Positions 29,491 through 42,745 of a stretch of 64,000 nt of DNA are shown one piece after another. The notes under the pieces are model-generated. The model searched no databases, was not told the origin of the DNA, and saw only the letters and a list, made by a program, of their open reading frames with translations. The stretch is from the human T2T-CHM13v2.0 reference genome, Homo sapiens, in assembly GCF_009914755.1 (NCBI RefSeq), contig NC_060927.1; one strand, 5' to 3'. Within the stretch, counting starts at the first letter, position 1, and each line of letters opens with the position of its first letter. Both the position numbers and the translations under genes were made by a program.

Positions 29491-30007
29491 CCTAATCTTA
29501 CCTTCTACTGCAGCCTCAGGAAACAACTAATCTACTTTCTCTATAGATTTGCCTATTGTGGATATGTTATGTAAATAAATCATATAGTATGTGGTCTTCT
29601 TTCACTTAACGTAATCTCTTCAATGTTCATCCATGTTGTAGTATGTATCAGCCACATGATTTTCATTGCTGAATAATATTTTATCATTTCATTCCATACT
29701 ACATTTTATTTATCCATTCATCATTCAATAAACAACTTGGGTTGTTTCAATCAGCTTCTTTGGGTGTTATGAGTAATGCCACTATGAACATTTGTGTACA
29801 GTTCTTGAACGGACATAAGTTTTCAATTCTCTTGAATATATGCCTAGGAGTGGAATTGCTTGATTATGTGGTAACTCTATTCTCAACTTTTTGAGGAACG
29901 ATCAAACTCTCTTCTATAGCGATTGCACCATTTTCCATCCCCACCAGCAATACCAGCAATATATGACAGTTCAATTTTCTCTACATCTTCTCTAACACTT
30001 GCTATTA

Positions 30008-30079
30008 TCTCTTTCTTTCTTTCTTTCTCTTTCTTTTTCTTCTTTCTTTCTTTTCTTTCTTTCTTTCTTTCTTTCTTTC

Positions 30080-30130
<51 letters not shown>

Positions 30131-30187
30131 CTTTCTTTCTCTCTCTGTCTCTCTTTCTTTCCTTTTTTTTTTTTTTTTTTTTTTTTT
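30008..30187 (+). repeat. (TTTC)n / poly-T polypyrimidine tract
   Basis: About 180 bp of almost pure C/T. Confidence 0.95.
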
Positions 30188-32211
30188 GTGATAGCCATTC
30201 CGGTTGGTGTGAAGTGGGATTGTACTGTGGTTTTGATTTGATTTTCATTTCCCCAACCACTAATGGCTAGTAAACACCTTCTCATGTGTAAATTGGCTGT
30301 TTCTACCTGCTCTTTGGAGAAATGTCTATTCAAATTTTTTTGTCCACTTTTAAATGAGTTGTGTTCTTGTTGTTGAGTTCTTCATTTTCTGTCTTAAGAG
30401 TGGAGGATGGTTGGAGGAAGAGAGCCTCAGAACTCTCAGTTGCTCTTATCTAGAATAGAGCTCTGAAACACAAAGCTGGGGATGATGAGTAATGCTGGTG
30501 GCCTGCTTCTCTCAGGGTATACTGTAGACGAGGATCTAGGTTGAGAGGGGGCCCTGCGTTAGTGGCTGCACCCATCCTTACTGGAACATCATCACACTCA
30601 ACTGGAGAGGGTGGGGAAATATATTGTGGTTCAAGCATCACAATTGTTTGCAGTTCTTACTGAAATATAAGAGATTGTCTTGAATAAATATTTTCTTCGT
30701 GCTGTATGTCCTTAGGACAATTACCAGGAACTTTAAATGGTTATTTATCTATAATTTTCACCAGTTATTGTTGTTTTTAGGGAGTGGATTTGAAAAGCTC
30801 TTCACATCACCATTCTGGAAGTGAGTCCCATTTGGATCATTTTTTATGAATATTTTGTTTCTTTTATACTTGGTGGTAAGATAGTGGCAAAACTCTCTTT
30901 ATAATTAGCATAGTAGAGATAGAATTGCTGTACAATTATAAAGGGCAGTTTTTATAAAAGTATTTGCAAATTTACAGTGAATTAAGAAAACCAATGAGAG
31001 TTGAGGACTGGTTGATTTTCAACTTCAAATCGACTTTCAACTTCAAATCTAGTCGAATTCTAGAATGACCATGCTTTGTTTTGACAAATAATTTTTAATT
31101 TATTATCATTAAATAGTTGTAAATAAATATCTGGATAATGAGAGTGACAGTACATTTCATACTACAGCTTGTTGGTTTTGGTCTAGTTATCTATGTACAA
31201 AGCCTTCACAGCCCTTGAGAAAGTCACCGAAATGACCTGTTTTAAACAGCATAGGAATAATTCAGATGTGGAAATCAAGTTATTAAAAATTCAACACTTT
31301 TATGTATACATTTTAGAATTTCACTAGCAAAAATTACCATGTCTTTCTTAATTTTTGTCTAATTCAAAATAAGTACTGCACCACAAAATCTTTTTGAAAA
31401 ACAATTTTCCCAACTCCCCTGATGCAGTTATTTGGACTTTGGGGCTAGTTCTTACATTTAACAATTCTTCAAACTCCTTATGTGATTGTGGACTGGGCTC
31501 ATATGTGAATTGCCAACCAGTTGAATGTCACTTTAGTTGAAACAAATCTGGAGTCCAACTCATATTTAAAATGCTACTCTAAACATTTCCCCACCTTCTT
31601 CATCCCCATGGCAAAGTTAACTATTTAGCTAACTCTAGCTGGCTGTCTTTTGGTGAAGAAGTTTGGTTACTTATAAAGGATGACTTAAGTATCTTTGAGA
31701 AAATACATACTGCTTAATACTTACAAGAGAATGTTAAAATGTATTCCTTGTTGGAAATTCTTCACTTTTTGGCAGGTGACTTGTGTGTACTATTGCCTAA
31801 AGTACAGTAGTTTAAGTAGCTTATGGGCAGAGAGGGATTGTATAGGAGCACGGAACTAGGTAAAGATGAATATTTAAGAAGGAAACCAAGCACAACCCAA
31901 TGATATTTTCCTGAGTCGTTAATGGACTACACGAAGGTAAATAGTGAAAATAGTAAAGAAATTTTCTCTTCTTTTAGTTTGGAAAGTTTCAGTGTTAAAG
32001 TTTGGCTTCTACTGAGTGAAACATCTTAGTTTCCCACATAGTGAAAGGTAAATGGAAAAATCCATCAATTCTGAAAATTGTAATGCAGTTAAATAATAAA
32101 CTGATAAATTGCATTAAAGCTCAGTATTAATTTTTTCCTCCTATAGAGACAGGAATTCTATCCTACTAAAGCTACTTAACAGTTCAAGTAGGTATTTTGG
32201 AAGATGCTTAC

Positions 32212-32292
32212 CTCCCAGTTGGGTGTATCTCCCTGCGGCTTAGGTGAGCGCCGAGGCTTTGGCTCCTCCCCAGCTGCTGCGAGCTTCCCACT
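32212..32292 (-). other. SPTSSB: SPTSSB non-coding exon 1; TSS approximate
   Basis: Strong donor GAG|GTAAGC (GT at 32211-32210) at the edge of the CpG island, with a GC box about 40 nt upstream. Confidence 0.75.
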
Positions 32293-33800
32293 GCGCCGGG
32301 CGCCTGGGAGCCTCCCGGAGTTAGGTGTTCGGCCCCGCCCTCAGGACTCTTGCTAAAACTCAAATTCTACCTGGCTAATTCCGGTGATTAATTATTGACA
32401 AAAGGAAAACACTCCTACGCAAACTTGTGTCCAACCGCACTGCTCCCAGCGACTCCTTCCAGAAGAGAATGCCTGCTGCAACACTCCCCTCCCCCCCTTG
32501 CTCTATGGTCCCAACTTCTCATACGCTGCCACTCTTAGTCCTGGGCGATCAGACTGGTCCTCGGAGGAATGCAGCCCAACGACTTCTACATTTTAAAATC
32601 TGGTTTTCTGCAGCTCGTTCGCAGTTCTCCAGGGACCAGCCTCTCGAGAGGGGGCGCTTTCCCGGTGCAGGGGAAGCCGGGGCTCCGAGAGCAACAGAGG
32701 CGGCTGAGGCGTCGCTGTCACCTCCGGCTGCTGCAGTAAAACCCCGAGCCGAGGCGGGGACGGGGAGGAGGGGATAGGGAGGCGCCCTCCCCCGCTCTGG
32801 GGCTGGGATCCCCGACTCTACTGAAGGGGCACGTCCTTTGGCGGTGGTAGAGGGGCGGGCGGATAAACAGGAGGTAGAAGGTGGGAGCTCTGGGGCTTTA
32901 GCCTAAGCTGCGTTAAAGCGCTCAGGGAAAGCCCGCGCCCAGCATCCATCGGGCTGCAGACTTTGGCAAGGGGGCGAAGAAGCCCGGGTGTAAGCGCAGC
33001 AGGACTGCGTCTGAAACTCGGCATCAGGCTGCTAAGTGAGCCCAGGGCTCGGGCTGGGGCAGCGGGCGGCCAAGCAAGCATCCCACCCCATTTATTTGTC
33101 AAAAACCGAAGAAAGCAAAGCCTTTTAGCACTGGCAGCTAATTTTGGTGCCTCTGAACGTGTGAAACGCCCCTCCCCGCCCCACTCGCATCCTGCCACCT
33201 TGCCCGCGGTAGCTAGGAGGTTAATCGTTAAAAAGGTGGACTCCCCCAGGGAAATAGATGAAAGGATCGTGCCCGGAGAACTTGTGTGTGCCCACTCACA
33301 AGTGCAGAGAATTAATCTCGGCCCGGACTGCGGCAGGAGGGCAAACTGGGGAAAGAAGGCTGGGAGGCGGCCCGGTGGTGCAGAGACGCGCGGCGCCTGC
33401 TCCCGCGGCTCCCGGGGCTGGCGTGCCCTGCGCTTACGCTCCGCGCTCGAATATCTTCCCCGGAGGGCTCGGGACCAGCGCGAGCACCTTCCCTGGAAGC
33501 CCACATCCATCACCCAGCGATCTCCTCTCCATCGAGAGCAGGGCTTGCTGAGAGTGGCGGAGGACCTTGAAGGCTCCCGGTTCTGTATCTCCGTGGCCGA
33601 GACGCTTTCTGCTCGAGGCCCAGGGGAGTCCGGGAGCGAAAGCCTCTTTTGATGAATGAGCATTTGGGCAGTATCTGCCCATCAGCCCCCACTGCCGAAG
33701 GAGGAGACACTGCACATGCTCGGCCAGGGCTGATTGTGTTAAAGCGCGAATTTTAGCTGCTGGCAGGTCTCTGCTCATCCTCACAACGCGCTTTCAGCGG
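32230..33800. promoter_or_regulatory. CpG island / SPTSSB promoter
   Basis: Abrupt switch to GC-rich, CpG-dense, repeat-free sequence in an otherwise CpG-poor window, with several GC boxes. Confidence 0.85.
32331..32340 (-). promoter_or_regulatory. Sp/KLF GC box GGGCGGGGCC
   Basis: Plus-strand ggccccgccc just upstream of exon 1. No TATA box is visible. Confidence 0.6.
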
Positions 33801-34567
33801 GTTCCACACTGCCAGGGCTATTACGAAGAGGGAGGCTCACGTTATTGGGCGGTGGTGTCTCCATGCAGGAGGGAGGATGTCCCCAGAGGAAGCTAAAGGT
33901 AGATGGGGGCAGGGAAGGGAACCAATAGAAACAGAGCACCTGCTTGGGCCCGTGTTAGCCATTTTACGTAGTTATCATTTCCTTCTGCTCCCGTGTCTAA
34001 ATAGCAGCAACCACTGCTAGTGTTATTTATTTCTTTATCACTTTATGTTGGTCACATTCCTTATCTTTTGGCTTCTCGCGACACACCTTGCAATATTGGC
34101 AGGGTAGATATGACCACTCAGGGCATGTAGATCAGGAAATAGAAACCCTAAGAAAGGACTTGGCGGGGACTACCAAGGCCATGTTGGTGAGGCCAATTCT
34201 ATTTACACTGGTAAATCTTATTTTTCATTATCTATTTACCCCCACTTAGTTGTGACACTCCACCCTCCATACTGTGATTGCACATTTGTGGAAATATAGA
34301 AATAGACCTTCTTGGCAAAGGTTTGTGAAATGGATATGAGACCTTGCAACTACTCCAACTGGAGGTTGGGGGAAACTGGCACAGCTGGCAGATGTATTCA
34401 GACCATTAAAAATAATCTTAAATAACATACACGTATTATAACCACACACAGGAACATCTTTATGAATATCTTAGCACCTCCAAACGGAGAATACATATTA
34501 ACATGTTTTCCATACAACTATAGAACATTCTCGAAACTTAACTAGATCACAAACTATAGGTCAACAC

Positions 34568-34784
34568 TTTTATTTTTATTTTTATTTTGGAGACAGGGTC
34601 TCACTCTGTCGCCCAGGTTGGAGCGGAGAGGCACAGTCACAGCTCACTGCAGTCTCAGCCTCCTGGGCTCAAGTGATCCTCCCGCCTCAGCCTCCTGTGT
34701 AGGTGAGACTACAGGCACGTGCCAGTACACCCAGCTATTTTTTAAATTCCTTAGAGAAGGGGTCTCATTTTGATGTCCAGGCTT
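34568..34784 (-). mobile_element. 5'-truncated AluJ-like element
   Basis: Right arm plus part of the left arm, with TSD taggtcaacac. Confidence 0.85.
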
Positions 34785-37339
34785 AGGTCAACACATTTTA
34801 AAAGGCAGAAGTCATACAGACCACATCATCCATCAAAATACAATAAGGATAAAATTAACAACAAACATTTACCCTGATTGATATACTATTGGAAATTTAA
34901 AGATGCTTTGAATCTGTATTAAAAAGCACAAATGGGAAAATTACAAACTCTTTAGGAACAGAAGAAAAACAAAAACCCTACATAACAAAATTGAGAGAAT
35001 ACAGAAAAGCCAAACAATCTATGAAATTACACACTAAGTGTCTTTATTGCAAAACAATGTACAAGGAGACTTAGAAAAAATTGTGAAAGAATTATGTTAA
35101 CTAATAAAGATAACAGCAGAAAATAATAAAGTAGGAAAGTAAAAAACAAAAACAAAAATGAAAAAGGAGACTTGATCAAGAAAAGAAAAAAATATTCTCT
35201 GGAAAGATCAAGAAATAAATCTAGAAAAGATCAGGAAGCAGAGAAGATACAGATAACATTAGGAAAGAAAGGTGGCATACAACCACAGATAAGGAAGATA
35301 TTAAAAAATTTAAAAAGCACCTCAATTGATATTTTTTTGTGCATGAGATGGCATCTTCTTTTGTTCTGATTACTGGAACTTGTGAGATAATAATTAGTTA
35401 GCACTACAGCTTGTGCAGAGGTGAATGAAATTTGAAGAACCAGGCAGAATTGTTAAGAATATAATAGTGTAAGAACATAAAGTAATGATAATTGTATCAA
35501 CTGATCATTTTGAACCAGGCCTTTCATCATCAGTATCCTAAAGTTTCTATCGCATAACTAAAAAACACACTGCTGGAGTAGAAAACTTTCAAAAGTAATC
35601 ATCACTAGTGTGTATTCCCCTAGGTAACCTGAGATGTTTGGAGACAGATATTATTGGGAAAGGAATGGGTCCACTTTGTAAAACTGTGTTTAGGTTTTTT
35701 TGGGATGTCTCTGGAGTCTACAATATCAGGAAGAAGAAAGGAGTTGATGGGAGAATCCACTTAAAATGACCCATAGTCAGCTACCCAATCTTTCATGCAT
35801 TTGCTGAGAGTAATCTTACTTTTAGCAGATGAAAATTCAAGGATAAAATGTGAGTTTTTCTAAAGCTTCCAAACCTGACCATGGTGAAAAGAATATGGAC
35901 TTTGAAGAAAAACAGCTCTGGATTCAAGTCCTAGCTCTTTCTACTAATCAGTTCTGTAGTCTGAGACAATTAGCTGTATCAGTATACTTGGTTTTCCCAA
36001 TTATAAAGTAGGAATAATATTGACTTCATAGGGTTCTTTTGAAAATTAAATGAAATGTCATTTACAAAGTACTCATCATATGGTTCCTGCTGAACCCCGA
36101 ACCCCATTCTGCCTTTCTTTATTGCCATCTTTTAGTAACTTCTCTTCTGGCTATTCACATTCCTTCCATTTTGTCACTGGGATGTTACCCCTTCTTCCCT
36201 TCCTTTCAGTAAACCATGCGCCTACTCCATGACTTACCAGCAATCAGAGAAATCCAAGTATCATTACTGAGTACCCTTGGGTTGCTTTGGAAAGATCCTC
36301 TTAAATCTAAAAATAACTTAGCCCCTTTTCTACAAGGTGTAAATGGCAAAAATGAGGCCTGCTTCTTCTTTCTTTCCTTCCTTCCTGCCTGCTCCCCCCT
36401 TTATTTTTGCTTACCACATTTTTTTTGAGTTCCTATGAAACTATGCATGAGCTACATTCCCCAACTCACTGATTCCTGTTTAACAAGTATGCATACGCTT
36501 AGACTGAAGTCTTTCACTGGGGAAAGACCCTAATCTTGAAACACTTGTAAAATTTAATGTTAGAATAAAGACCATATTATTAATGATCAGTAATGACAAT
36601 CAGTAGTTTATTCTAAAAATTGGAAAAACAGCATTCCATTAAGGGACTTAATGTTGATGTCCCCATTAATCACTAACAAAAATAAGAGATTTATCAGAAT
36701 AGGCACAAGTTTTTCCCTTAAAAAGCCTGTCCCCATCTACCACTATAGAGCTGAGGAGTAGCAATAAGACCAGTTTAACAAAAGATTTTCTGCATCATTT
36801 ATTCTAAAGCAGTCTTTTAAAAACATTATTTCTATATTACATTATTATTACATACAACATCCATTTTGGTGTAGCTATATCTATTTGGGCAAGACAAAGA
36901 AGACAATGGAAAGTCAACAGAGTTAAGAGAAAAGAGTGAGGCTCCACTTAATTGTATTAGGTAATATCCTGGCTTAGCAACTCTTATCCTCTTTTATTGA
37001 TCTCATTTTCAGAGGGGAAAAAAGAAATAAAATGAGTAATCCATGAGGATATTTGAAAGTATAAACAGAAATTTGAGGCAAATTTTATTTACTTTTTTTT
37101 GGTTTGCTTTCATAAGGTGCAGATTAACCCTTGCTTATTTCTTTTAAACCTTGTTATATTAACACTATTTATTTATTTTTTATGCCCTAAAGATACTACT
37201 ACTCCCCCAGAGTAGAACTCTTCCTAACATTCAGTAGAATTTGAAGGGTATTTGAGGGAATTGTCATATGTTAATGGAGTTTACATGTTCTAACAGCAAG
37301 TAGCTATGCCCCTCTGGTATACTAGCTAACTTCTTAACC

Positions 37340-38070
37340 ATTTTTAAATGTCCAGTGCAGTGGTATTAAATACATTCATAACAGTCTGCAACCATTACCA
37401 CCACCTCTCTCCATAATTCTTTTCATCTTATAAAACTGAAATTCTGTACCCATTAAACAACAACTCCCCATTCCTCCCTCCATGCAGCCCCTGGCAACCA
37501 CCTATTCTACTTTCTATCTCTATGATTTTAACTACTCTAACTGTTTCATATAAGTGTACTCATACAGTATTTGTGTGGCTGGGTATTTCACTAGAAAACT
37601 GTTCTCAAAGTTTATCCATGTTGTAGCACAGGGATCCCCAATCCCTGGCCCTGGACCAGTACCTATCTGTGGCCTGTTAGGAACTGGGCTGCACAGCAGG
37701 AGGTGAATGGTGGGCGAGCATTATCACTGGAACTCTGCCTCCCATCATCAGATCATCATCAGCATTCGATTATCATTGGAGTGCAAACCCTATTGTGAAC
37801 TGCGCATGTGAGGGATCTAGAATGCATACTCCTTATGAGACTCTAACTAATGCCTGATGGTCTGAGGTAGAACAGTTTCATCCTGAAACCATTCCTCCCC
37901 TCCCCACCTCCCTGTCTGTGGAAACATTGTCTTCCATGAAACAGGTTCCTTGTGCCAAAAAGGTTAGGGACCATTGTTACAGCCTATGTCAGAATTTCCT
38001 TCCTTTTTAAGGCAATATTCCATTATATGTATACGACATTTTGCTTGTCCATTCATCTATTGCTGGGCAT
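37340..38070 (-). mobile_element. L1MA-like 3' fragment interrupted by MER1B
   Basis: cttaaccatttttaaatg...tgtacccattaaacaacaactcccc...; the L1 resumes at tatgtcagaatttccttcc. Confidence 0.8.
37629..37976. mobile_element. MER1B-like hAT-Charlie element
   Basis: Termini cagggatcccca...gttagggaccattg; internal ggcctgttaggaactgggctgcacagcaggagg. Confidence 0.85.
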
Positions 38071-38480
38071 TATGTTGCACTCTTATGCTCAGTGATGCAT
38101 CAGTAAATGAATTGGTTACCTGGAGTTAGAGGTTGTTCCAGGTACCTACATAACTGGACCATATCATGGTTAAACCTAAGATCTTGAATAAATTACTGGA
38201 ATACATTTATCAATAAAGGAACGAATCTCACTTTCCTTCTGGCTGGTATAAGGAAAGCCCCATTAATAATCTTATAGTTATCCTTTTTTTTCCCTCAGAA
38301 TAAGTAGGCAATTTTTTCTCTGTAAAATGGAAAATATTTTTCCCTTCACTGCTATATTGTTACAAAGATGCATGTGATATCCCCCATTACTATCAATTCT
38401 TTTGCTTTAGTTTTCCTGTACCAAAATAGAATTTTATTTTCTTCATTAATTAGTCCTTTGGATTAAAGGAAACAAAACAG

Positions 38481-38772
38481 ACAGGGTGCAGTGGCTCACG
38501 CCTGTAATCCCAGCACTTTGGGAGGCCGAGGTGGGCGGATCACCTGAGGTTGGGAGTTCAAGACCAGCCTGACCAAGATGGAGAAATCTTGTCTCTACTA
38601 AAAATACAAAATTAGCCGGGTGTGGTGGTGCATGCTTGTAATCCCAGCTACTCAGAAGGCTGAGGCAGAAGAATTGCTTGAACCCGGGAGACGGAGGTTG
38701 CGGTGAGCTGAGATCGCACCATTGCACTCCAGGCAGGGCAATAAGAGCACAACTCCATCTCAAAAAAAAAAG
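38481..38772 (+). mobile_element. Alu (AluS-like)
   Basis: Full dimer with TSD gaaacaaaacag. Confidence 0.95.
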
Positions 38773-39626
38773 AAACAAAACAGGAAAGTGGTAGTGACTT
38801 GAGTGTTTTAACTCTGTCAAGCTCAAAAGAAGATGAATAATAATGATACAGACAATAATGATGATAATGACTATCAGTTATTAAACTACTATCACAAAAT
38901 TTTCACAAATAATCTTACAGCAAGTTTGGAGGGTAGGAGCTTTGTATCTCATTTTGTAGACCAAGAATCAGAGAGGTTGGAACCCTTCTAAAGTGACACA
39001 ACTTTACGAGTTGGATACCAAAGACTTTTTTGTTGTTGTTGTTTTTGCTGTTTTTTCTACCCTTTACTATGTTAACTCACTTTAAATTATTTCTCCATGA
39101 CTACTCATATATCACTTCTCCTGATATTTTTCTCAGAGAAGATGGTTGTGCTGTGCTAGTTAAAAGAATAGATGTTGGAGCCAGACCTACCAGATTTAAA
39201 TCCTAGCTTTATCACTTAACTGTATGAATGAGGGCAACTTACTTAAACTCTCCTCAGCCTCAATTTCCTTATCTGCCATGAAGGATAAAAACAGTATTGA
39301 ATTATTTTAGTTAGTATATCTAAGCCATTTAGAAGAGTAGGTGGCATTGAGCAAATGCCCTGTAAGCGTTCACTACTATTGTTTTGAGAGTTTGAGATAA
39401 CACAGGTAAAGCAGTTAGGGCAGTATCTGGCCCCTAGAAAATGCTTAATGCTTCTATTTTACTTTTAAGTATGTTTTATTTATATAATAATAGTTTTAAA
39501 GTAGTTTTTCAGGAATACAATCAGCATCTTCTTCCTTCCCTCTCCCCTTCCCTCTGTCACTCCCTTTCTCCCCTTCTCTCTCCCTTTTGTCTTTCCTACC
39601 TCCCCTTTTGTGACAAGTGGCTATGA

Positions 39627-39972
<346 letters not shown>

Positions 39973-40924
39973 TGCAATTGTGTTTTCTATGAACTATTTT
40001 TCAGTGAAATCCATTTATTTACCCTAATGTTCCAGACCAACAGAAAATACATTTACTTCAACATCACATATTCAGAGGCAGAACACTGCATTTCCCCCAT
40101 CTCGTTAAAAGACTTTTACTAAAACAGTGGTTGATAAAAAAGAATCTTAAGGTTTTGAAAGTAGAGATTAGTTTAAAAAGAAAAAAATTCCAATTTATGA
40201 GAAAGAGAGATATTAATGATAATGACAGAACTCTCTATATTTGAACTACAGATTAAGTTGAAAGTGGCCGCAATTTTGATGATCCAACCATTTTACTTTG
40301 CGTTTTGACACGTGACCGTGTCTCTGCTCAGAACAAACTTACTTTGCCTGTCCTTGCTGAGAGATTTATTGCTTCATTGAAGGCTTTTGATTTAGCAACC
40401 ATCTTCCCTAACTAGTTTTCTTATCTTGAATCACTTGGAGTAAGACTCTTCAGGTATGATGAATAGCTGTATAATGAGATGGAGAAGAAGCCGCCCCATC
40501 ATTTTATATTTCCACTGGGTGAGTTGTCACTCACCTCCAGCAAAACATCTTTCTCCCTTATGTATTATGAAAATTCATAGCAACTCTAGCGTAGTGACAT
40601 TTTGCTGTGGAGAATTTGGCATTCGTTGTGAAGGTATTATTTTAATTTCTGTCAAATTAAACTTTCAGGTCAGGGTTGCTATTAGGGATGAAAAGAGCAA
40701 ATCCAGAATGAAAGTAAGAAGTAAGAAAATAAGGCAACAAGACAATTCAGATGTCAAGATTAAACAACAGGAAAAGAAGCCCATGGAAACAGAGTGGCAA
40801 CTGGAAGTAAAACCATGGTCTTTCATGGATAGTTCTGTCCCAGTCTTCATCTCATCTAGTGATCTGTACTTTAAATTTATTTGATGACTTGGTGGGAGGA
40901 TTCGGGGAGGTTAGAGAAGCATCT

Positions 40925-42745
40925 CAGTGGTTTTAAGTACATTCACAGGGTTGTGCAACCATCATCACTATCTAAGTCTACAACATTTTCATGACCTGAA
41001 AAAGAAGCCCCATACTTGTTAGCAGTCACTTCTCGTTCTTCCACCGCCACTGCCAATCCTAGGCAGCCATTAATCTACTTGCTGTCTCTACATATTTGTC
41101 TATTCTGGACATATTATATAAATGGAATCATACAATATGTCGCCTTTTGTGACTGTTTTATTTTACTTAGCATAATATTTTCTGCTCACTGTTGAGGAGG
41201 GCAACTGGCACATAGTGGGTGCTCAAAAAATATTTACAGAATGAAGAATAAGAAATGGAAAAGTTTCTACCTTCATGCTTGGAGTTGGGAGGTGAGTGGA
41301 TCCATTCCCTACTCTGGTCATTCATGTTGTAATATGTATTAGTACTTCATTCCTTTTTATTTGCTGAATCGTATTCTATTGTGTGGCTGTCCTATATTTT
41401 GTTTATCCATTTCGTCAGTTGATGGACATTTGGGTTGTTTTCCCTTTGGGGTGATTATGAGTAATGTGGCTAAGAACATTTTGTGTGGACATATGTTTTC
41501 ATTTCTCTTAGGTATATGAGATATGATAGTGGAATGGCTGGGTCATATGATAACTCTGTGTTTAACTTTGAGGTACTGCCAAGTTATTTTTCAAGGTGTT
41601 TGCACCATTTTACATTCCTACGCATAATGTATGAGGTTCCAACTTCTTCACATCCTGACCAATGCTTGTTATTGTTTGTGATTTTAGCCATTCTTATGGG
41701 TGTGAAGTGGTATCTCATTGTGGTTTTCATTTATGCTTTTCTAATTAATAATTATATTTAGCATCTTTCCATGTGTTTATAGGTCATTTGTACATCTTTG
41801 GAGAAATGTCTATTCAAATTATTTACCCATTTTTAAACTGGGATATTTGTCTTTTTATGTACAGTTGTAAGAGTTTTTTAAATATATTCTGGGTACAAGT
41901 CCCCTGTCAGATATATGATTTGCAAAGAGTTTCTCCCATCTTATGGTCTGTCTTTTCACTTTCTTGATGGTGTCCTTTGAAACACACAAGTTGTTAATTT
42001 TGGTGAAGTCTAACTTATCTCTTTTTTTCCTTTGGTCTCTTATGAATTTGGTGTTTATGTAAGACACTATTACCTAATCCCAAATTATAGAGATTTTCCT
42101 CTAGTTTCCTTCTAGGAATTTTAGAGTTTTAGCTCTTACATTTAGATGTGTGATCCATTTTCAGTTGTCTTGTGCATGGTGTCAGGTAGGTATCCAAATT
42201 CATTCTTTTTCATGTGGATATCAAATTGTTCCAACACTGTTTGTTGAAAACAGTGTTCTTTCTCCATTGAATTGTCTTAGTACCCTTACCAAAATCAATT
42301 GACCATAAATGTAGGGAATTATTTCTGGGTACTCAATTCTATTCCATTGATCTATCTATCTAGCCTTATTCCAGTACCATGCTGTTTTGATTACTATAGC
42401 TTTATTCTAATAAGTTTTGAAATTTGGAAGTGTTGATCCTCCATTTTGTTCTTCTTTTTAAATCTTGTTTTGGCTATTATTTATTTTTTGCATTTTCTTA
42501 TAAATTTTAAGATCATCTTGTCAATTTCTGTGAAAAAGGTAGCAGGAATTTTGATAGGTATTACTATCCTGTAATACAGATTTAATTTATAGATTAATTT
42601 GAGGATTATGCCACCTTAACAATATTAGGTGTTCTGATCCATGAACATGGGAGGGCTTTCCATTTACTTAGATCTTCTTTATTATCTTTTTCAATAGTAT
42701 TTTGTAGTTTTCAGTGTACAAGTCTTGAATTTCTTTTGTTAAAAG
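40925..42745 (-). mobile_element. L1MB-like 3' fragment (ORF2 end plus 3'UTR)
   Basis: Minus-strand ORF contains KDTIKKVKRQTIRWEKLFANHISDRGL (L1 ORF2-like). Confidence 0.9.

Noticed and set aside
29883-30333. K/E/R-rich and F/L/S-rich ORFs
   Set aside because: They are translations of the (TTTC)n tract within an L1.
31017-31049. 15-bp direct repeat tttcaacttcaaatc, twice
   Set aside because: A simple micro-duplication with a 3-bp spacer, not an array or CRISPR-like structure.
32818-33784. Long overlapping ORFs (281, 229, 116 aa) in the CpG island
   Set aside because: They are Arg/Pro/Ala/Gly-rich, occur on both strands and have no recognisable domain. Stop depletion is expected in GC-rich DNA.
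40456-40884. 142-aa plus-strand ORF in non-repeat sequence
   Set aside because: No recognisable homology, promoter or splice context. A non-coding exon cannot be excluded from sequence alone.
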